Below, piece after piece: positions 56,479-62,182 of a stretch of DNA of 62,182 bases. The notes beneath the pieces were generated by a model. That model saw only the letters and a list, made by a program, of their open reading frames with translations. It was not told the DNA's origin and ran no database searches. This DNA comes from Clostridia bacterium (GTDB taxonomy: Bacteria > Bacillota > Clostridia > Tissierellales > Dethiosulfatibacteraceae), in assembly GCA_011390775.1 (NCBI GenBank), contig JAABRS010000001.1, positions 1 to 62,182 of the forward strand. The letters are read 5' to 3'. The stretch's first letter is position 1. Each line of letters starts with the position of its first letter. The translations under genes were made by a program, and so were the position numbers.

Positions 56479-57099
56479 CTACTTTAATGGTGATTTATTC
56501 AATATTTCTTTTTCCTTTTCAACCGCCATTTTTTCTAAATTTTTTACTATTTTTCTGGTTTTTTCTACATAAGTTTCATCTTTAATAGAGTTTAAATTTA
56601 TTTTTACATTTAAAAGTGCCGAAAGCACTGCCGTTCTAGCAAGCATTGCTGATACCAAACCATCAGTTACTGCATTTTTATTACCTTTTTCAACAACTAT
56701 TTCAGCTATAGGCATTATTTCAAAAGCTTCCTTGGCAATTTCTAAAGGTACTTCTGCAGCTATTATTAATCCTTCTTGTATTGTCTTCTTTCTGAATTCT
56801 TTTTCTTCTTCTGTATTTTTAGGAAGTTTAAATCCTTCCATTACCTTATCAAAAGCTTCGCAGTCCTTTTCTATATTATCAAGCATGTTTACTCTTATCA
56901 TTTCAGCTTTTTCTACTATTAGTTTCATTTCTTCTTCTACTTCTTCATAATTCTTTTTACCTACTGTAAGATTTGCAACCATTTCTGATAAGGCTGCTGC
57001 TAAAGCTCCACTGTAAGCTGCTATACTTCCACCACCAGGTACTGGTTCACTTGAAGCCGTCTCTTTTGAAAATTCTTTTAATGTTTTATTTTTCATCAT
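56479..57099 (-). CDS. Formimidoyltetrahydrofolate cyclodeaminase / methenyl-THF cyclohydrolase family protein
   Basis: FTCD C-terminal-type motif 'PVPGGGSIAAYSGALAAALSEMVANLT'. Confidence 0.8.
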   Translation of the reverse strand: MMKNKTLKEFSKETASSEPVPGGGSIAAYSGALAAALSEMVANLTVGKKNYEEVEEEMKLIVEKAEMIRVNMLDNIEKDCEAFDKVMEGFKLPKNTEEEKEFRKKTIQEGLIIAAEVPLEIAKEAFEIMPIAEIVVEKGNKNAVTDGLVSAMLARTAVLSALLNVKINLNSIKDETYVEKTRKIVKNLEKMAVEKEKEILNKSPLK

Positions 57100-57106
57100 A
57101 TCCTCC

Positions 57107-58354
57107 CTAATTTTCTTGTACTATTTGACCATCTTTTATAACGGTTTTCACAATATTAACGCCTACATGATAAGGTAAAAATTTATAAGATGGATAATCT
57201 AATATTAATATGTCTGCTTTTTTACCGGGATCTATACTACCAGTTTCAGATACTCTATCTATAGCTGCAGCACTATTTATAGTAAGAGCTGTAACTATTT
57301 CTTCAGGTGATAGGTTCATATATAACGCCGCTAATGCAATTATTAGTGGTATAGAATTTGTAAAACTACTACCAGGATTTAAGTCGGTAGCTAATGCTAC
57401 AGCACAACCTCTATCAATCATTTTTCTTCCATCAGCATACTTTTCTTTTAAGCAAAAGGCTGTCCCAGGAAGAAGTGTTGATATAACTCCTTTTTCAGCC
57501 ATGTCCTTAATCCCTTTATCTGACACTTGAAGTAAATGATCTGCTGATATTGCTCCTAGTTCTGCTGCAAGTTCTGCTCCTCCCAGCTGTACTATTTCAT
57601 CTGCATGGAGTTTGAGTTTTAATCCCATCTCCTTTGCTTTAGAAAGGAATTTTCTGGATTGTTTAATGTCAAATACTCCTTCTTCACAAAAAATATCTGC
57701 AAATTCTGCTAAATTATTTTCAACAACCTTAGGCAAAACTTTTTCTATTTGAAAATCTATAAATTCATCTTCTTTTCCTTTATACTTTTCCGGTACTGCA
57801 TGTGGTCCTAAAAAAGTTACTGCAATATCAATAGGATGATCTTTTTGTATTTCTTTCATAGCTTTAAGTTGTTTGATTTCTGTTTCCAAATCCAACCCGT
57901 ATCCGCTTTTTCCTTCAACTGTTGTAACACCAAATTTAAGCATAGAATCCAATCTTTTCCTCCCGGATTCTACCAGTTCTTCTAAAGAAGCTTGTCTGGT
58001 AGATTTAACAGTACTTATTATACCTCCACCTCTTCTCATAATGTCCATGTAGTTATCTCCTCTTAATCTCCAGGAGAATTCTTCTTCTCTATATCCACCA
58101 AAGACAAAATGAGTGTGTGAATCTATAAATCCAGGCATAACACTTTTGCCATCTGCATCAATCACTTCATACTCTTTTTTATTAATTTTTTTTAATATAT
58201 CTTCTTCCTTACCTACTGCTTTAATTTTATCGTCTTCTATTACTACTGCTCCTTTTTCTATAACTCCTATATTACTCATGTCTTTACCATATTTAGGTTC
58301 ATAGCCAGAACAGGTAACTACTTCTGATGTATTTAAAATAATTTTTTTAATCAT
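57107..58354 (-). CDS. hutI: Imidazolonepropionase
   Basis: Amidohydrolase 'PGFIDSHTHFVFGG', 'KLHADE', 'SADHL', 'ATDLNPGS'. Confidence 0.9.
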   Translation of the reverse strand: MIKKIILNTSEVVTCSGYEPKYGKDMSNIGVIEKGAVVIEDDKIKAVGKEEDILKKINKKEYEVIDADGKSVMPGFIDSHTHFVFGGYREEEFSWRLRGDNYMDIMRRGGGIISTVKSTRQASLEELVESGRKRLDSMLKFGVTTVEGKSGYGLDLETEIKQLKAMKEIQKDHPIDIAVTFLGPHAVPEKYKGKEDEFIDFQIEKVLPKVVENNLAEFADIFCEEGVFDIKQSRKFLSKAKEMGLKLKLHADEIVQLGGAELAAELGAISADHLLQVSDKGIKDMAEKGVISTLLPGTAFCLKEKYADGRKMIDRGCAVALATDLNPGSSFTNSIPLIIALAALYMNLSPEEIVTALTINSAAAIDRVSETGSIDPGKKADILILDYPSYKFLPYHVGVNIVKTVIKDGQIVQEN

Positions 58355-58382
58355 ATTTTCACCACCTTGACTTATTATAACA

Positions 58383-59273
58383 TTAAAGTCTTGTTTCTAA
58401 AACTTGATCTATTTTAAATTCTTCCAATCCTAAGTAATACTCTGCTGTATCAACTAATGCAGCCATTGGTACTAGACCTATTATTTCACTTCCTAGAACG
58501 TTAACACCATACCTTTTACACTCCATCTTAACAGTTTCGAATACTCTATAAATAGCGGTTTTTGTGTAGTCCGTTAGATTCATAGAAACCTGTACTATAT
58601 TTCTATCTTCAAGCTCTATACCAATTGATTTACAATATCTAAATCCTCCGTTTATATGTCTAATCTGTCTTGCTATTTTATTAGCAATATCTAAATTATC
58701 TGTATCTAAATTTATATTATAAGCAACAAGAGGCATCCTAGCACCAATTGCTGTCACTCCTGCTGTTGGATGTACTGTATCAGGCCCAAAATCAGGCTTC
58801 CATTCTGAATCTTTCATCTTTTCAGACATTTTTTCAAACTGTCCTTTTCTAATTTTTGCTAAATTTGTTCTATTAGGTGCTGTAGCTGATTCTTCATATA
58901 AAAAGAATGGAAGATTATGCTTCTTAGAAGCTTCTTCTGCTACTTCTTTTGCTAATTTATCTGCTTCTTCCACTGTTACATTCCTGATAGGTATAAAAGG
59001 TATTACATCTACTGCTCCCATTCTCGGATGCTGCCCTTCGTGCTTTGTTAGATCTATTAATTCTACGGCTCTATCTATGGCTTCGAGTACAGCTTTCTTT
59101 AATTCTTCCGGTTCTCCTACTACTGTAACCACACATCTGTTATGATCTTCGTCATTACTATAATCAAGTAGCTTAACACCCTCTTTCCCTCTGAACGACT
59201 CTACAATTCTATCTATTTTATCTAAATCTCTTCCTTCACTAAAATTTGGTACGCACTCTACAATTCTTTCCAT
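58383..59273 (-). CDS. ftcD: Glutamate formimidoyltransferase
   Basis: 'IVECVPNFSEGRD', 'HNRCVVT', 'HPRMGAVDVIPF': the FTCD N-terminal domain only. Confidence 0.9.
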   Translation of the reverse strand: MERIVECVPNFSEGRDLDKIDRIVESFRGKEGVKLLDYSNDEDHNRCVVTVVGEPEELKKAVLEAIDRAVELIDLTKHEGQHPRMGAVDVIPFIPIRNVTVEEADKLAKEVAEEASKKHNLPFFLYEESATAPNRTNLAKIRKGQFEKMSEKMKDSEWKPDFGPDTVHPTAGVTAIGARMPLVAYNINLDTDNLDIANKIARQIRHINGGFRYCKSIGIELEDRNIVQVSMNLTDYTKTAIYRVFETVKMECKRYGVNVLGSEIIGLVPMAALVDTAEYYLGLEEFKIDQVLETRL

Positions 59274-59345
59274 TTTATCCTCCTATTTTTTACAAAGATA
59301 ATGACAGAATCTTTTGACTCTATCACTATCTTTTTATATTAATTT

Positions 59346-61370
59346 TTATTTTTTTAAATTATTAAAGGTTTTTTCTATTAAGTCATCATCTGCTACATAA
59401 GGTATTGTTATATGATCTTCTCCCTGGAATTTCTTGTTGTATTCAGAAACAGTATCTATTGAATTTTCACATCTTGCCCAATTTCTTCTTGCAACTCCTA
59501 CCATTGCATCCCAAGGTATTGAATTCATAAGTATTTCATCTACTCTTTCGCTACCATCCAATACCATTCCAAAACCACCGTTTATAGCTTTACTAATTCC
59601 TACTCCACCACCGTTATGAAGAGCTACTAAGCTCATTCCTCTTGCAGCATTTCCTGCAAAACAGTGTATAGCCATATCAGCAGTGATGTTACTTCCGTCT
59701 TTTATGTTGGATGTTTCTCTGTATGGTGAATCAGTACCTCCAGTGTCGTGATGATCTCTACCCAGCATCACCGGTCCTATTTCTCCCTCTCTTACCATTT
59801 TATTAAATTTAAGAGCTATGTCTCTTCTTCCTAAAGCATCTTGGTATAGAATTCTGGCTTGAGTTCCAACTACTAATTTATTTTTCTCAGCATCTCTTAT
59901 CCATACATAGTTATCTCTATCTTGTCCCCTTCTATTAGGGTCTATTGCATCCATCGCTGCTTTATCAGTTTTGATTAAATCATCGTGTTTACCACTTAAG
60001 CAAACCCATCTAAATGGTCCGTATCCGTAATCGAAAAGCATAGGTCCCATTATATCCTCTACATAAGATGGAAAAACAAAGCCTTCGCTAGTATCTTTAC
60101 CATTTTTAGCTATTTCCTTAGCTCCTGCATCAAATACAGCTCTCATAAAAGCATTTCCATAATCAAAAAAATATGTTCCTTTATCCACTAATTTTTGTAT
60201 TAGTTTAAAGTGTTTAATAAGACTTTTATCTACATGTTTTTTGAATTCTTCTTTGTCGTTTTTTAAAAGTTCTGTTCTTTCTTCAAATGAAAGTCCTTGA
60301 GGACAGTATCCTCCGTCGTAAGGAACGTGACAGGATGTTTGATCTGATAAAAGTTCTATTTTAATATTGTTATCTACTGCATACTCCAGCAAATCCACAA
60401 TATTTCCTTCAAAAGCAATTGACATAGGTTCTTTTTTGTTTATATACTCATCAGCAAGTTCAAAGGCTTCTTTTAAGCTAGCTGTAGATTTCGAAACCCA
60501 TCCCTGTTCCATTCTCGTTTCAATTCTTGATTTATCTACTTCTGCAATAATACCTACACCATTAGCAATCTCAACAGCTTTAGCCTGAGCACCGCTCATT
60601 CCGCCCAATCCTGAAGATACAAATAGATGTCCTCTTATATCTCCATCTTCAGCTACACCAAGTTTCAATCTTCCTGCATTTAACAAAGTATTAAATGTAC
60701 CGTGCACAATTCCTTGTGGTCCTATATACATCCATCCTCCTGCAGTCATCTGTCCGTAGCTTGATACCCCCATAGCAGTTGCTTTTGACCAGTCTTCGGG
60801 ATTATCAAACATACCTATCATAAGACCGTTTGTAAGTATTACTCTCGGACTTTTTTCATGAGATTTGAAAAGTCCAACAGGGTGCCCGGACATAACTACT
60901 AATGTCTGTTCATCAGTTAGCTTCTCTAAATATTTTTTTATTAATCTGTATTGCATCCAGTTTTGGCAAACTTGTCCCGTTTCTCCATAGGTAACAAGTT
61001 CATAAGGATAGAGAGCTATTTCAAAATCCAGGTTGTTATCTATCATAACCTGCATTGCTTTTCCTTCTACGCATTTACCCTTGTATTCATCAATTGATTT
61101 TCCTTTAATTCTTCCTTTCGGTCGAAATCTATATCCATATATTCTACCCATTGTCATAAGCTCTTCTAAAAATTCTGGAGCTAGTTTTTCATGATGTTCT
61201 TCAGGGATATATCTTAAAGCATTTTTTAATGCTAATTTAATTTCCCTATCTGTTAATGTCACTTCTCTTTTTGGTGCTCTTCTATATTTAGGGTCGAATC
61301 CAGGATGTTCAGGTAATTCTGAATCTAATTTAATTGTCATTGAATTTGAAATATCCATATTATTTAACAT
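59346..61370 (-). CDS. hutU: Urocanate hydratase (long form)
   Basis: 'TYGETGQV', 'SGLGGMSGAQ', 'GRDHHDTGGTDSPYRETS'. AGGAGG lies 6 nt upstream of the ATG. Confidence 0.95.
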   Translation of the reverse strand: MLNNMDISNSMTIKLDSELPEHPGFDPKYRRAPKREVTLTDREIKLALKNALRYIPEEHHEKLAPEFLEELMTMGRIYGYRFRPKGRIKGKSIDEYKGKCVEGKAMQVMIDNNLDFEIALYPYELVTYGETGQVCQNWMQYRLIKKYLEKLTDEQTLVVMSGHPVGLFKSHEKSPRVILTNGLMIGMFDNPEDWSKATAMGVSSYGQMTAGGWMYIGPQGIVHGTFNTLLNAGRLKLGVAEDGDIRGHLFVSSGLGGMSGAQAKAVEIANGVGIIAEVDKSRIETRMEQGWVSKSTASLKEAFELADEYINKKEPMSIAFEGNIVDLLEYAVDNNIKIELLSDQTSCHVPYDGGYCPQGLSFEERTELLKNDKEEFKKHVDKSLIKHFKLIQKLVDKGTYFFDYGNAFMRAVFDAGAKEIAKNGKDTSEGFVFPSYVEDIMGPMLFDYGYGPFRWVCLSGKHDDLIKTDKAAMDAIDPNRRGQDRDNYVWIRDAEKNKLVVGTQARILYQDALGRRDIALKFNKMVREGEIGPVMLGRDHHDTGGTDSPYRETSNIKDGSNITADMAIHCFAGNAARGMSLVALHNGGGVGISKAINGGFGMVLDGSERVDEILMNSIPWDAMVGVARRNWARCENSIDTVSEYNKKFQGEDHITIPYVADDDLIEKTFNNLKK

Positions 61371-61407
61371 GACAATCCTCCTTTAATTATATTTATTTTT
61401 ATATCTA

Positions 61408-61439
61408 ATTATACATAACTAACGTCTATAAAACGTCTA
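61408..61439 (-). promoter_or_regulatory. Candidate hut promoter (extended -10) with two direct repeats
   Basis: Minus strand TGTATAAT at 61408-61415. TAGACGTT occurs twice (61421-28 and 61432-39) at 11-bp spacing over the -35 region. Confidence 0.4.
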
Positions 61440-61444
61440 CAACT

Positions 61445-61471
61445 AAAAAAAGTCGAAGGAAATTATCGACT
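61445..61471 (-). terminator. Probable terminator of mtnA
   Basis: Minus strand AGTCGA-taatttcct-TCGACT followed by TTTTTTT. The stem is only 6 bp, and the stop codon lies inside the hairpin. Confidence 0.45.
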
Positions 61472-62182
61472 ATTTTTAAATAATTTTTTTATAGATTTTT
61501 CATTTGCTTCACAGATGCCTCTTTCAGTGATTATTCCTGTTACATATTTTGAAGGTGTAACATCAAAAGCAAAATTTTTAGCCTTGCTTTCTTTTGGTGT
61601 AAGCAGGATTTTAATAATTTTACCATCTGAAAGGCCTTGAATGTATTTTACCTCTTCTCCACCTCTTTCTTCAATAGGTATATCCTTCAATCCATCTGAG
61701 ATTTCCCAGTCTATTGTAGATGAAGGTAAAGCTGCATAAAAGGGTACTTTATTATCATAAGCCGCCAGTGCTTTTAAATATGTTCCTATTTTATTTGCAA
61801 CATCTCCTGTATATGTAGTTCTATCTGAACCTACAATCACCATATCAACTAATCCTTTTTGCATTAAATGTCCACCAACATTATCTGCAATTACCGTATA
61901 ATCAACACCATGGTTTTCTAATTCCCATGCCGTTAATCTTGCACCCTGATTTCTAGGTCTTGTTTCATCTACCCATACATGAACCTTTATACCTTTATTA
62001 TGAGCTTCATATATAGGGGAGGTTGCCGTACCATAGTCAACGAAAGCAAGCCATCCAGCATTGCAGTGAGTTAAAATATTTACAGTTTCACCATTCTTTG
62101 CTTTACTTATTTCTTCAATGATTTTGCTCCCATGTTCTCCTATTTTTTTGCAGTGGATCTCATCTTCAAAAGCTATTTTTTC
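61463..62182 (-). CDS. mtnA: S-methyl-5-thioribose-1-phosphate isomerase (eIF-2B alpha/beta/delta family), 5'-truncated by the window edge
   Basis: The frame stays open beyond the listed Met up to nt 62182 ('[63 protein letters not shown]'). Confidence 0.85.
   Translation of the reverse strand, partial: EKIAFEDEIHCKKIGEHGSKIIEEISKAKNGETVNILTHCNAGWLAFVDYGTATSPIYEAHNKGIKVHVWVDETRPRNQGARLTAWELENHGVDYTVIADNVGGHLMQKGLVDMVIVGSDRTTYTGDVANKIGTYLKALAAYDNKVPFYAALPSSTIDWEISDGLKDIPIEERGGEEVKYIQGLSDGKIIKILLTPKESKAKNFAFDVTPSKYVTGIITERGICEANEKSIKKLFKNSR

Noticed and set aside
61400-61450. A second HutP binding site upstream of hutU (several UAG triplets: UAG-uug-UAG...UAG-acgu-UAG).
   Set aside because: The UAGs lie upstream of, or over, the predicted promoter and downstream of the mtnA terminator rather than 5' of it, so they cannot work as an antiterminator site. 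They are better explained as part of the TAGACGTT DNA repeats.
1-62182. CRISPR arrays, IS elements, prophage genes and rRNA operons.
   Set aside because: I saw no regularly spaced direct repeats and no transposase, integrase, recombinase or phage structural genes in any frame of the ORF track. No 16S/23S/5S-like sequence was noticed.

Overview
This is about 62 kb of a very AT-rich, low-GC Firmicutes chromosome, Clostridia/Tissierellia-like judging by gene content. It is densely coded, and I saw no transposase, integrase, CRISPR array or rRNA. All calls rest on reading the supplied translations and the DNA by eye; no searches or folding programs were run.

Content in window order:
- potC'-potD polyamine uptake; an MBL hydrolase plus CCA-adding enzyme; a secreted transglutaminase-like protein; aspartokinase.
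- A UPF0173 / YibE-F / lipase / PII-like operon.
- A 1427-aa double-ATPase/dehydratase-like fusion, then a TetR-radical SAM pair.
- rnfCDGEAB, preceded by a six-gene DRTGG / GHKL-ATPase / [FeFe]-hydrogenase-like / PHP module.
- An M29 aminopeptidase, tRNA-Leu(GAG), a NAPRTase-like gene, coaE and polA.
- An ECF sigma / ZAS anti-sigma pair.
- A 10-gene Mbh-type Mrp cluster.
- A conserved housekeeping block (beta-CASP RNase, prsA, mfd, pth, prs, glmU, spoVG, purR, murC).
- An Ldh2-family dehydrogenase and a histidine-utilisation cluster (hutU-ftcD-hutI-fchA-hutP-hutH), then a partial mtnA.

Most interesting, all hypotheses:
1. A putative sensory hydrogenase-like signalling module with no recognisable output domain sits directly upstream of, and co-oriented with, Rnf.
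2. A stand-alone Mbh-style Mrp membrane module carries three antiporter-like subunits and no catalytic partner.
3. An orphan ATP-dependent reductase-like giant fusion lies next to a TetR-coupled radical SAM enzyme.
4. A HutP-type UAG-repeat/terminator attenuator gates only hutH, in a non-Bacillus gene order.
5. A candidate C-rich small RNA lies downstream of murC.
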